Of a DNA stretch of 64,000 nucleotides, positions 33,213 to 43,356 are shown piece after piece (the stretch's first letter is position 1; each line of letters begins with the position of its first letter). Origin of the DNA: an uncultured Verrucomicrobiae bacterium (lineage in GTDB: Bacteria; Verrucomicrobiota; Verrucomicrobiia; Chthoniobacterales; UBA10450). Below the pieces are notes generated by a model, which was given only the letters and a program-made list of their open reading frames with translations, was not told the origin of the DNA and searched no databases. The DNA is taken from contig CAVWPA010000003.1 of NCBI GenBank assembly GCA_963756875.1, forward strand, positions 1,312,001 to 1,376,000, read 5' to 3'. The position numbers and the translations under genes are program-made.

Positions 33213-33519
33213 ATCGTAGAGCGAAGAGCGAAGAGGTAAGGGCGGGGTTCAGAAGAAAACGCTGAACGCCCAACGCTCAACGTCCAACGCCGAAGTCAGA
33301 GGTCCTGCGACGCCGGGTAAACTCCGGTCGCAGGTTGGAAAAAGGCAAGCAAGCGTCCGCCCCCGCGCAGGCAGAGGCTTCGGCGTGGCGAGCGCCTGAC
33401 TCTTATATATATAGAGAGGGCTTTTGGCGGGCTCTTTTCTGGTTCTTCTGCGGCCCGACTCGGCCTTTGGGAAACGTCTCCGGATTGACAGCCCTTTGTG
33501 TGGACGTACGCTGCGCGTT

Positions 33520-34500
33520 ATGAACGAAAAACAGATCGAAAATGGCGTCACGCGCCGAACATTTCTTGGGATGACTCTCGCAAGTGGAGCGACACTTCTG
33601 GCGGGTGGATCGGGCAGGATCTTCGGCGCTTCGGCGACAGCAGATGAGACAATTAATTCTACCTGGAAAATAGGCGGCGATCTCACGGTCGATCGGCTCG
33701 GGTTCGGCGCAATGCGCATCACGGGGCCGGGCATTTGGGGCTGGCCGGCCGACCGAAACAACGCGCTGAAAGTTCTCAAGCGGGCCGTGCAACTCGGTGT
33801 GAACTTGATCGACACATCCGACGCATATGGCCCTCACACAAGCGAACTGCTAATCGCTGAGGCGCTCCATCCCTATCCCAAAGGGCTGGTGATCGCGACG
33901 AAAGGCGGGCTCACCCGGCCGGGACCGAACCAATGGGTGCCGGATGGTCGTCCTGAATATCTTAAACAGTGCGTCGACGGGAGTTTGAAGCGACTGCAGC
34001 TCGACCGGATCGATTTGTATCAATTGCATCGGATCGATCCGAAGGTCCCTGCGGAAGATTCGTTAGGCGCGCTCAAGGAAATGCAGGAAGCCGGAAAAAT
34101 TAGGCACATCGGATTATCTGAGGTATCGCCGGAGCAGATTGAGCAGGCGCGCAAGGTGGTTCCAATTGTGACCGTGCAGAACCGGTACAACATCGCTGAC
34201 AGAAAATGGGAGAACACCCTGGATTATTGCGAGAAGAACAGCCTTGGTTTTATGCCGTGGTCTCCGATCGGTGGAAACAGAGGGCTGAAATCCGGCGCAG
34301 CGCTGGAAGCTGCGGCCAAGGCCCATGGCATCAGCATGATTCAACTGGCGCTCGCGTGGCTTCTGCATCGGTCGCCGGCGATGTTGCCAATTCCCGGCAC
34401 CTCGTCCGTTCCGCACCTGGAGGAAAACGTCGCGGCAGCCAAAGTGAAATTGAGCCCGGAGGACTGGAAGCAGATCGATGATTTGGCGGCCCAGGGGTAA
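33520..34500 (+). CDS. aldo/keto reductase with a Tat-like signal
   Basis: TRRTFLG; RLGFGAM, IDTSDAYG, IATKGG, DLYQLHRID, IPGT. Confidence 0.92.
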   Translation: MNEKQIENGVTRRTFLGMTLASGATLLAGGSGRIFGASATADETINSTWKIGGDLTVDRLGFGAMRITGPGIWGWPADRNNALKVLKRAVQLGVNLIDTSDAYGPHTSELLIAEALHPYPKGLVIATKGGLTRPGPNQWVPDGRPEYLKQCVDGSLKRLQLDRIDLYQLHRIDPKVPAEDSLGALKEMQEAGKIRHIGLSEVSPEQIEQARKVVPIVTVQNRYNIADRKWENTLDYCEKNSLGFMPWSPIGGNRGLKSGAALEAAAKAHGISMIQLALAWLLHRSPAMLPIPGTSSVPHLEENVAAAKVKLSPEDWKQIDDLAAQG

Positions 34501-34645
34501 GGGCTAAGAGCGAAGGGTAAGGGGGAAAGACGAAGAAAACGCCGAACCCCGAATGGTTTCGGGGCCGTCCTGCGGCAGGCGCTCAACGTCCAACGCAGAA
34601 GTCACAGGTCGATCGCTCTCGGCTCTTGCCGCTTTTCTCTTTGCC

Positions 34646-36077
34646 CTAGGTCCGAGCGGGCTGTCGCGACGACAAGTAGTTGTCAATGGCGGCGGCGGCT
34701 TTGCGGCTGTCGCGCACGGCGCGCACGACCAGATCGGGGCCACGCACCAGGTCTCCGCCAGCGAACACGCCGGGCACACTAGTCATTTGGTTCTCGTCAA
34801 TCACGACGCCGCCCCATTTGTTGACCTCGATCTTGTCCGAATTGCCTGCGGGAAAGATCGGTACCGGATCGAAACCGAAGGCGACCAACACGACCTCGAC
34901 CGGCACGCTGAATTCGGAGCCGGGAATTTCTCTCGGTTTGCGGCGGCCCTCGGCGTCGGGTTCTCCCAATTCCATCCGCACGCAGCGCGCTTCGGTAACC
35001 TGACCGGTTTCATCGCTTGATAGCGCGACCGGGTTCGTGAGAAACATGAAACGCGCGCCTTCTTCCACGGCATTGGTGTATTCGCGCCGGCTGCCCGGCA
35101 TGTTCTCGAGGTCGCGCCGGTAGATGCAGACCGTTTCGCGCGCCCCGCAACGAACCGCCGTCCGCAAACAATCCATCGCCGTATCGCCTCCGCCCAGGAC
35201 TGCGACGCGTTTCCCTTGGACGTCGATCGGCGGACCGCCTTCCGATGTCTTCGTGCAAATTCTTTTGAATCAAGAACGGCAGCGCATCAAAAACGCCGCG
35301 CAAATCGGCGCCGGGAACATGAAGCTCCTTCGATTTTTGTGCGCCGATCGCGAGATAAACCGCGTCGAATTGCGCGCGCAGATCGGACAACGAAACATCG
35401 CGCCCGACCGTGACACCGCACCGGATCGAAACTCCGCGTTTGCGCAACAGGTCGAGCCGCCGTTCAACGATCCTTTTCTCGAGCTTGAACGACGGGATGC
35501 CGTTGACGAGGAGGCCGCCGGGACGGCTTAACGATTCAAATATGGTGACGGCATACCCGAGCTTGGCGAGTTGATCCGCGCAGGTCATTCCACCGGGACC
35601 GCTGCCGACTACCGCAACCTTGAAGCCGTTCGCCGGCGCGACTGCCGCATCAACGGCGTCGTGCGCAAATGCGTATTCATTAAGAAATTTCTCAATCGCG
35701 CCGATCGCAACCGGCTCCGAGCGCGCGTTCAGAATGCAAGCGCCTTCACAGAGACGTTCCTGCGGACAGATGCGACCACAGATTTCGGGCATGTTGCTGG
35801 TGGAGCGCGACAGTTGTGCCGCTTCAAGGAAACTGCCGTCTGCTACAAGGGCCAGCCATACCGGGATCCGGTTGCCGAGAGGACATGTGTTGGCGCATGG
35901 AGGGTCCGGGCAATTAATGCAACGGCTGGCTTGCTCGCGCGCGGTGGCTTCGTCGTAGAAGCCGTAGACCTCGTCGAAGTCGCAGACGCGTTCGGCGGGA
36001 GGGCGTTTCGACGGCATTTCACGCGAGATGTAGCGCCAGTTATGTTTTGCCGGCCAAGAGTGCTCTGCTGGTTCCAT
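34646..36077 (-). CDS. gltD: glutamate synthase small-subunit-like NAD(P)H oxidoreductase, frameshift near 35235
   Basis: RCINC...C...CP, CGRICPQERLCEGAC, VVGSGPGG, GGGDTAMDC, FAGGD. No gltB nearby, so the symbol denotes family only. Confidence 0.8.
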
Positions 36078-36218
36078 GTAACTTTCCCTTTTAAAGCCAT
36101 ATTCGCACCAACGATCGCGGCGGCTATGCATTGCTTGTGAAACATTGCGCATTTATTGAGCCGCCGCGCAGGGGGCGGAGATGCTCGACCGGTGAAAGCG
36201 AAACGCGGAATAGCGGGG

Positions 36219-37934
36219 CTACGGGCCGTAACTGGCGTATTTCGGCTCGAACATCATCGATTTGATATGAGGACGCAGATCATCTGGTACGTCCCGCGTG
36301 GCGAGATTTTGCCGGCGCGCTGTTTCGACCACGGCCATTGCCACGGATGTTGAAACATCTCGGATCGTGTTCAGGCGCGGATAAACGCTGCCCTGGTCCA
36401 GATCGCTCTGTAAAACCTGGTTAGCGAGAGCATGAGCAGCGGCGAGAAACATTTCATCGGTAACAAGCCGGCTCGCACATGTGATCACACCCAGACCGAC
36501 GCCAGGAAATATGTAAGCGTTGTTGCCCTGCGCCGGCACTAATTCCTTGCCGCCAATAGTAACTGGATCAAAAGGACTTCCGCTGGCGAAGACTGCGCGA
36601 CCATCGGTCCAGCGGTAGGCCTCTTCGGCAGTGCATTCCGCCTTTGAGGTCGGATTGGAAAGAGCGAAAACAATCGGGCGCGCGTTGACCTTCGCGGCGA
36701 CTTCAAGCATGGGTTGCGAGAACGATCCGGCTGTCCCCGTCGTCCCAATCAGCGCGGTTGGTCTGAGAGTTTCGATGATTGCGACTCCATCGGACAAGAA
36801 CTCGTGATCGTGCGCAAATGGTCTCTTATACTGTGCGAGATCATCGCGACTGTTGACGACCAGCCCTTTGGAATCCACGAACCAACAGCATCGCCGGGCC
36901 TCGGCCTCAGACACACCGTGCTCGGCCATGCCTGCGATGATCAAGCTTGCGATGCCGGTTCCTGCTTCGCCCGCTCCGAAAAACAGAAATCGTTGGTCGG
37001 CTAATTTCCCGCCGGTGATGCGCAATGCACCGTGCAAGCCCGCTAAAACAACGGCAGCGGTGCCCTGTATATCATCATTGAACGAGCAGATGTGTTCCCG
37101 ATATTTTTTCAGCAGGCGAAAGGCGTTGTCACGCGCGAAATCCTCGAATTGGACGAGCGCTTGCGGGAAAATCTTCGTTACAGTTGTCATGAACTCATCC
37201 AGCAAGCTGTCATACTCGTCACCGCGAAGCCGTCGCCGGTGCAAGCCGAGATAAAGCGGATCCGCCAGCAGTGCCGGATCGTTGGTGCCGACATCGATTG
37301 TTATGGGAAGACATTGCGCCGGGGGAATGCCCGCGCACACGCTGTACAAAATGAGTTTGCCGATCGGAATTCCCATGCCGTTCGCGCCCAGATCACCGAG
37401 TCCCAAAATCCTTTCACCATCAGTGACCACGATCACGCGAACGTCACGCTCCGGCCAATTGCCCAGAACTTCTGCCACCCGTCCGCGATCCTGGGCTGAA
37501 ATGAAGAGGCCCCGCGCTTTTCGGAAAATGTGGCTGTATTCCTGACATGCCTGTCCCACGGTCGGCGTGTAGATGATTGGCAGCATTTCTTCGACGTGGT
37601 CGATCATGGTGCGATAAAAGAGCGTCTCATTTCGATCCAGCAGGGCGATGAGGAAGATGTAACGCTCCAGAGGCGTCGATTTTTGCCGCAGATTCGCAAG
37701 CACCCGGTTTGTCTGCTCCGATTCCGTTTGGGTATGCGCCGGTAACAATCCGTGGAGTCCGAGCAAGTCTCTCTCTGCTTCGGTAAACGCAGTCCCTTTG
37801 TTAAGTTTCGGATCGTGCAGGAGATCCAAACCACGCCGCAATTTCTCAATCACAATTTTATTCCAGGTTTCAACAGCAATCTCACAAGCGGGAGCACGCC
37901 CGATTTCCCGATTCCTCAACGACGATAAACCCAA
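36219..37934 (-). CDS. maeA: NAD(P)-dependent malic enzyme
   Basis: NKGTAFT, PIIYTPTVG, VTDGERILGLGDLG, FNDDIQGT, ALSNPT, QGNNAYIFPG. True start may lie ~80 bp downstream. Confidence 0.92.
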   Translation of the reverse strand: MGLSSLRNREIGRAPACEIAVETWNKIVIEKLRRGLDLLHDPKLNKGTAFTEAERDLLGLHGLLPAHTQTESEQTNRVLANLRQKSTPLERYIFLIALLDRNETLFYRTMIDHVEEMLPIIYTPTVGQACQEYSHIFRKARGLFISAQDRGRVAEVLGNWPERDVRVIVVTDGERILGLGDLGANGMGIPIGKLILYSVCAGIPPAQCLPITIDVGTNDPALLADPLYLGLHRRRLRGDEYDSLLDEFMTTVTKIFPQALVQFEDFARDNAFRLLKKYREHICSFNDDIQGTAAVVLAGLHGALRITGGKLADQRFLFFGAGEAGTGIASLIIAGMAEHGVSEAEARRCCWFVDSKGLVVNSRDDLAQYKRPFAHDHEFLSDGVAIIETLRPTALIGTTGTAGSFSQPMLEVAAKVNARPIVFALSNPTSKAECTAEEAYRWTDGRAVFASGSPFDPVTIGGKELVPAQGNNAYIFPGVGLGVITCASRLVTDEMFLAAAHALANQVLQSDLDQGSVYPRLNTIRDVSTSVAMAVVETARRQNLATRDVPDDLRPHIKSMMFEPKYASYGP

Positions 37935-37970
37935 ATCGTCGGCGATTCACTCTAGTTTTGCCTCCTCAAG

Positions 37971-38648
37971 TCAGGGTTTGAGTAATTTCACTTTGCCGGT
38001 GTGCAGATCGTACCGCGCGCCGACGATCGTGACTTTTTCTGATTGCACGCGTTCCGCGACGATCGGTTGCGCGGCGCGCAGTTGTTTGACCACATCAAGC
38101 GCTTGCGCCCGAACGGCATTGTCCAGCGGGTCGCCCGGCTTGCCCTTCGTTTCCTCGACGGCCGGTTGAATGGCTTTCAAGACGTCCGCGATGTGGCCAG
38201 GTTCGTTCGCGTGGGAAACGGCGGCCGCGACCGCCCCGCAACTCTCGTGTCCCAGGACAACGATCAACGGAGCGCCAAGATGCTCGACCCCATATTCGAT
38301 GCTGCCCAGCGCGATTGCGTCCACCACTTCGCCCGCCGTGCGAATCACAAAAATGTCTCCAAGCCCCTGGTCGAAAATCAGCTCCGGGGGGACGCGTGAA
38401 TCGGAGCAACTCACTACAATCGCAAACGGCTTCTGACCGTTAACAAGATCCGCGCGGCGCTTGAGTGCATTTTTGCCATCCGGTCGAGCCGTCTTCGCGG
38501 CAACGAACCGGGCATTTCCATTCATCAGCTGTTTTAGCGCCTGATCAGCGTTTAAGTTGTTTGATGGCTCAGTGGCCAGGACATCGGTGAGAGTGACCCA
38601 GCACATCAGCGCTGCCGTCATGACAATCTGCAAGCATCTGGTTTTCAT
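37971..38648 (-). CDS. beta-class carbonic anhydrase with a signal peptide
   Basis: CSDSRV and GHESCGAV zinc ligands. Confidence 0.93.
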   Translation of the reverse strand: MKTRCLQIVMTAALMCWVTLTDVLATEPSNNLNADQALKQLMNGNARFVAAKTARPDGKNALKRRADLVNGQKPFAIVVSCSDSRVPPELIFDQGLGDIFVIRTAGEVVDAIALGSIEYGVEHLGAPLIVVLGHESCGAVAAAVSHANEPGHIADVLKAIQPAVEETKGKPGDPLDNAVRAQALDVVKQLRAAQPIVAERVQSEKVTIVGARYDLHTGKVKLLKP

Positions 38649-38756
38649 TGTGGTGACATCATGAATGGAGCGGCACGCGGTTGCACGTCATGTTATCTGT
38701 TTTCTTCCCTGCCAGTTTCGGACCACGCAAAATACAAATGGCCAGACTCTTAACCT

Positions 38757-40290
38757 GTGACTTACAATGAAGTGGTGAGGTTGTTTGGGGTATTTTTTTT
38801 GGCGATTTCGGTGGGCTCAGTGCTGGGGCAGAGCATTGCCATTCCATGGAGCGGCCATGGGCACGATCCCCAGCATACTGGAATCTCGAGGACCGCTTCG
38901 CAGCCGCTCGGAGCAAATCCGATGGCAGATGCCGGTGGACCTCATGCCGCATTACAACGGCAATGATCTGCTCATCCATTACGGCTCGCCGCTGGTTACT
39001 CGTCAGAACACGGTGCTTGTGCCGGTGAAAACCGGCACCACGGATGGATTTCGTGTTGAAGCGCGCGACGCGACCGATGGCTCGGTAAAATGGATGCAGG
39101 ATTCCGATTATACGCTCCCGTCCCATAATTGGGTGCCGAGCTTTGGAATCGCGCTTACGCCGAAAAACCGCGTCTATTTTCCGGGCGCGGGCGGCACCGT
39201 TTACTTTCGCGACACGCCGGATTCGGCAACGGGCACAACCGGCCAGCTCGCTTTTTACGGTCTGGCGAATTACCAGGCCAACCCAAGTACATTCAACTCT
39301 TACGTAAAGATTAATACGCCGATCACCTCGGACCGGTATGGCAACATTTATTTCGGCTTCATGGTGACGGGCACGACCACCCCGGCATTGCAGAGCGGCA
39401 TTGCGCGGATTGCAGAGGATGGAACGGGGTCCTGCGTAGCTGCTACCACCGCGGCGGACGACTCAAGCATCACGAAAGTGGCGCACAATTGCGCGCCGGG
39501 GTTGAGTAACGACCAGAAGACGCTGTACGTGGCGGTCAGCACAGGTAGTTATGGCAGGGGATATCTCGTCGCGCTGGACAGCCGTACGCTGGCGCCGATT
39601 TCAAGAGTGCGTTTGATGGACGTCCTGCATCCGACGCGCGACGCGATCATGCTGGATGACGGTAGCGCGTCGCCTACCGTGGGACCGGACGGCGACGTTT
39701 ACTACGGCGTCCTCGAGAATTTCACTTACACAAATAATCATTACCGGGGCTGGATGCTTCACTTTGACAAGACACTCGCGCAAGTGAAGACGCCCGGGGC
39801 CTTCGGATGGGATGATACGCCCTCGATTGTTCCCGCGTCGCTCGTGCCGTCGTATCATGGCTCCTCCGGCTACCTGGTGCTGACGAAATATAACAACTAC
39901 GTCGACGGCGGCGGTGATGGCGTAAACAAAATGGCAGTGCTCGATCCGAACGACACAATGACCGATCCGATCAGCGGTGCCACGGTGATGAAGGAAATCC
40001 TCACCATCGCCGGCCCGACGCCGGATAAGGAATACATCAACCAATATCCCAACGCGGTGCGGGAGTGGTGTATTAACTCGGCCGCGGTGGCCCCGTTCAC
40101 GAAGTCGGCCATCGTGAACAGCGAGGACGGCAAGGTTTACCGATGGGATTTCACGACCAATACCCTGCAACAGGCGCTTAGGCTTACGAACGGCATCGGT
40201 GAAGCTTACACGCCAACGCTCATCGGCGTGGACGGAAGCGACTACGCGATTTCCAACGGGACTCTTTTTGTCATCCGTGCGGCGCCATGA
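38757..40290 (+). CDS. secreted beta-propeller-like hypothetical protein, frameshift near 38910
   Basis: Signal peptide with WSGHGHDPQHTG joins IRWQMPVDL...HYGSPL in the long ORF. Confidence 0.75.
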
Positions 40291-40922
40291 AAACATCGCG
40301 AAGCCTTCTGCTCCTGTTTTGCGTTCTGCCCTGGGTGACATCTGCGCGCGGGGATTTAACAATTTCGCTTTCGCCTTCCACGCGGTACGGCCCCGGAGGA
40401 ACAGAGATTGTCTTTAGCGGCACGCTGACAAATACGAGCCCGACCGAGAAAGTGTACCTAAACGATGTGCACGCTGCGCTCAGCGGTGCAGCTGCGACCT
40501 ATCTCACGTTCGAGCCGAATGCGTTTTTCTCGAACGTCCCGGGAATCCTGTTGCCGGGAGAGAGCTACAGTAACAGCGAAGTTTTCCGTGTACTATTAAG
40601 CGGGATGACGCCCGCAGCGGATTATCCCGGCACGTTTGTGATTAGCGGCGGCGCGGACATTTTTGCAAACAGCGATTTAACGAGCGCCGGGTTTGTGGTG
40701 TCGTCTCCTGGGAAAATCTACTCGATCACGCACCTGGCGAATGGCCATGTTCTTTTGCAATGCTTCGGTGCTCCGAATGCCATGAACACGATCCAGGCTT
40801 CGCCCGATTTGCTGACACAATTCACAACCTTGGCCACGGTGATGGCTGACGATCAGGGCGCGTTCCAATATGAGGATACCGACAATTTCCAGGCCAGATT
40901 TTATCGGCTCGCATTTCCATAG
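40287..40922 (+). CDS. secreted hypothetical protein with a C-terminal FYR-motif domain
   Basis: Signal peptide; ends FQYEDTDNFQARFYRLAFP; overlaps the upstream stop. Confidence 0.75.
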   Translation: MKTSRSLLLLFCVLPWVTSARGDLTISLSPSTRYGPGGTEIVFSGTLTNTSPTEKVYLNDVHAALSGAAATYLTFEPNAFFSNVPGILLPGESYSNSEVFRVLLSGMTPAADYPGTFVISGGADIFANSDLTSAGFVVSSPGKIYSITHLANGHVLLQCFGAPNAMNTIQASPDLLTQFTTLATVMADDQGAFQYEDTDNFQARFYRLAFP

Positions 40923-40953
40923 AGCCGCCTCTTGCGGGCGTTTGTGATCGCTC

Positions 40954-41703
40954 TCACCACGTCCAGTAGAGGCCGAAATACCAGAGTGTATGCTGATCAC
41001 CAGCTACGCTATGGCCTGCAGTAAACAACAAATCGAAGTGGTCTGTGACCTTAAGGGTGCCGCCGAAATTAAGCGCGGCGAATCCCCTGTCAGTGTCGGT
41101 ATCCGCGCCTTGTGCAAAAATTTCCCCGCCAAGCGTGAGATGTTTGCCGAGATCCCGCTGCAGCAGCCAGCCGCCAAACGGATAGTTGCGCTGACCGGCA
41201 GCGGAATTCAGCACCACGCCACCACCACCGTAAGTCGTCCAGGGGTCCCAACTTTTTTGGACCCACAACGGCAATCGAAACCATGCGCGCCCGTTTCCCA
41301 GACCGCGGTCTGCGTCGCCGGTTGGCAGTTCCACCATTGGGAAAACTCCGATTTGCGGACGGTCGCTTGTTTCGTGGAGGAAACGGTACTTAACTCCGAA
41401 CTCCGTATCGCCCAGACCGGAACGTGTGGAGTCGCCGCCGCCGCCAATCGTTGTCACCGGCACGACCAGGTGTAATTGCGTGTCGGGTAGCACGCCATAA
41501 TTCAGTTCCATTGCCGGGCCATTGATCGTATAGCCACTGCCGGCATGATCGCCTTGGCCAAAGAGATAAGCTTCCCAGTGTCGATACTCCACCGGTTCCG
41601 GGTCGTCGGTCAAAAAAGGCGGCCCGGCGACAATGCGTGTCGTGATAATTGGACTCAGGCAAACGGCCAGCAAGATCGTTTTGACGACGTTACTCATGAA
41701 CAT
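40954..41703 (-). CDS. outer-membrane beta-barrel (MetA-pathway/'transporter' family)
   Basis: AGPPFLTDDPEP, GLGDTEFGVKYRF, terminal aromatic YWTW. Confidence 0.8.
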   Translation of the reverse strand: MFMSNVVKTILLAVCLSPIITTRIVAGPPFLTDDPEPVEYRHWEAYLFGQGDHAGSGYTINGPAMELNYGVLPDTQLHLVVPVTTIGGGGDSTRSGLGDTEFGVKYRFLHETSDRPQIGVFPMVELPTGDADRGLGNGRAWFRLPLWVQKSWDPWTTYGGGGVVLNSAAGQRNYPFGGWLLQRDLGKHLTLGGEIFAQGADTDTDRGFAALNFGGTLKVTDHFDLLFTAGHSVAGDQHTLWYFGLYWTW

Positions 41704-41772
41704 CGAAGCCTACACGATCCGCTGATTCCCAGCAGAACTAACCTCCGACCTCTGGCCGCTGTTCAATTGGGC

Positions 41773-43353
41773 CTAGCTCCCGATCATCATTTTCTCGGTA
41801 ACGTTCTTTGCGGATACCGGAGTTGCGGCGGGTGCTTCTTGCGGACGCTGGCCCCAGGAACGCCAGCCTTCAGTTAATTCGATCCAGACCCACTTCGCTA
41901 CTGCACCGAAAAGCCGCCTGCTGTCGCTTCGACTCAGCGTAAAGCTGGGAATCAGGCAACGTTTTCCTCGATTGGTTTTTCCCAACGCATTCACGTGGCG
42001 CCGGTGCCGTGCGATCTGCGCAAAACGGCGATTGTATAGTCGGATGAAATGAAACGCCGGACGCGACCTCGTCTGGGTAAAGGGCGGACTCAGGAGCCCC
42101 CGATCTCCGTGTTTATAAATGTCCGCGACTGGGCCGAGATAATAGAAGCCCAGATCCAGCTGGAACGCCGTGCTCATCAGGTCCCATTCTCCCATATATT
42201 CGTACTTATCCTTATAGAGAGCCTCGAACCACGAGTGGTAGCAGAGGTTAAAGTCGCGATTATGACGTGCGATTCGCTCGGCCATCGGCTCGCCGCGGCG
42301 CTGCGCAGTGATCAGCTCGGCCGCGGCACTCGCGCTGAATGAAATCCAATCCATGCCGGGGCTGTAAAACGGATCGATGAATCCGGCGGCGTCGCCCACA
42401 AGCACGAACCCGTCACCCGCAAACGTTGTGCTGTAGTAAGCGAGATTCTTGCGCCAATGCACGTCGTTCTCTTCGAATTTGGCGTCGCCAAGCATCTCGC
42501 GCGCAACCGGATGCTGCATCAGGAAGTTCCTCAACCGTTCGCCGAGTCTGCCGTCATCCTGTGGCCATTCCACCAGGCGTTGATCGAAGACGACGCCGAC
42601 GCTGACATCGCCGCCTTTCAATGGAATCCACCAACTCCACCAGCCGTCGCCGATGATGTGATTTGTCGCCGTGCCGCGAATGCTGTAAACGGCTGAAGCC
42701 CACTCCGGATATTTTTCCGATAGCTCGCGACTATCCCAATCCTTCACACCTTTCCACCGCGCCCAGGCCGCTGCCGTCGGATGCTCGGCGTTGTGGCGCC
42801 ACCAGCCTTCCTTGCGTGCGAGCATTGCTGCCGTGCCGGAGGCGTCCACGATCCAGCGGGCGCGCATCGTTTCGGTCGTTTCGTCATGCCGCAAAGTGAC
42901 GGTCTGTTGACCGCCGGCCGAGAGCTCTACTTTGACGACACTTGCAGGCCGCAGAAGTTTCGCGCCGGCTGCGCAAGCCTGGCGTAGAACTTCTTCGTCG
43001 AATGTCGCGCGATCGAGTTGATAGGACGGCAGTCGAACCTGGTACAGTCCGCCGAGTTCGCTGGCATCGGCAACGGATTCGACGTCGTTGTTTTTGAACC
43101 AGAACCGCAGCCCTTGTTTCACGATGTGCGACTCATTGAGATACCGGGTGAGCCCCAGCACGCGTCCCATGAAAAATGCGCTGATTTCGACTGTTGCCTC
43201 CCCAACCCGCCGCGCGAGCTGCGGAGATTTCTCGACGATCAGAAGACGCAGCCCGGGATTTTGGCGTAGTAAGAGCGTGGCGGTCGCCGCGCCGGAAAGC
43301 GCGCCGCCAATTACGATGACATCATAATCGGAAGTATGTCCGGGGTCCGCCAT
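41773..43353 (-). CDS. flavin-dependent halogenase-like oxidoreductase
   Basis: IGGALSG, VGEA, QLDRATFD, WSWWIP, VGDAAGFIDPFYSPG. Confidence 0.85.
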   Translation of the reverse strand: MADPGHTSDYDVIVIGGALSGAATATLLLRQNPGLRLLIVEKSPQLARRVGEATVEISAFFMGRVLGLTRYLNESHIVKQGLRFWFKNNDVESVADASELGGLYQVRLPSYQLDRATFDEEVLRQACAAGAKLLRPASVVKVELSAGGQQTVTLRHDETTETMRARWIVDASGTAAMLARKEGWWRHNAEHPTAAAWARWKGVKDWDSRELSEKYPEWASAVYSIRGTATNHIIGDGWWSWWIPLKGGDVSVGVVFDQRLVEWPQDDGRLGERLRNFLMQHPVAREMLGDAKFEENDVHWRKNLAYYSTTFAGDGFVLVGDAAGFIDPFYSPGMDWISFSASAAAELITAQRRGEPMAERIARHNRDFNLCYHSWFEALYKDKYEYMGEWDLMSTAFQLDLGFYYLGPVADIYKHGDRGLLSPPFTQTRSRPAFHFIRLYNRRFAQIARHRRHVNALGKTNRGKRCLIPSFTLSRSDSRRLFGAVAKWVWIELTEGWRSWGQRPQEAPAATPVSAKNVTEKMMIGS

Positions 43354-43356
43354 CTG

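Noticed and set aside
16427..34615. CRISPR array or integron attC array interpretation of the repeats
   Set aside because: No constant repeat-spacer period, no cas or intI gene, and no consistent RYYYAAC...GTTRRRY ends.
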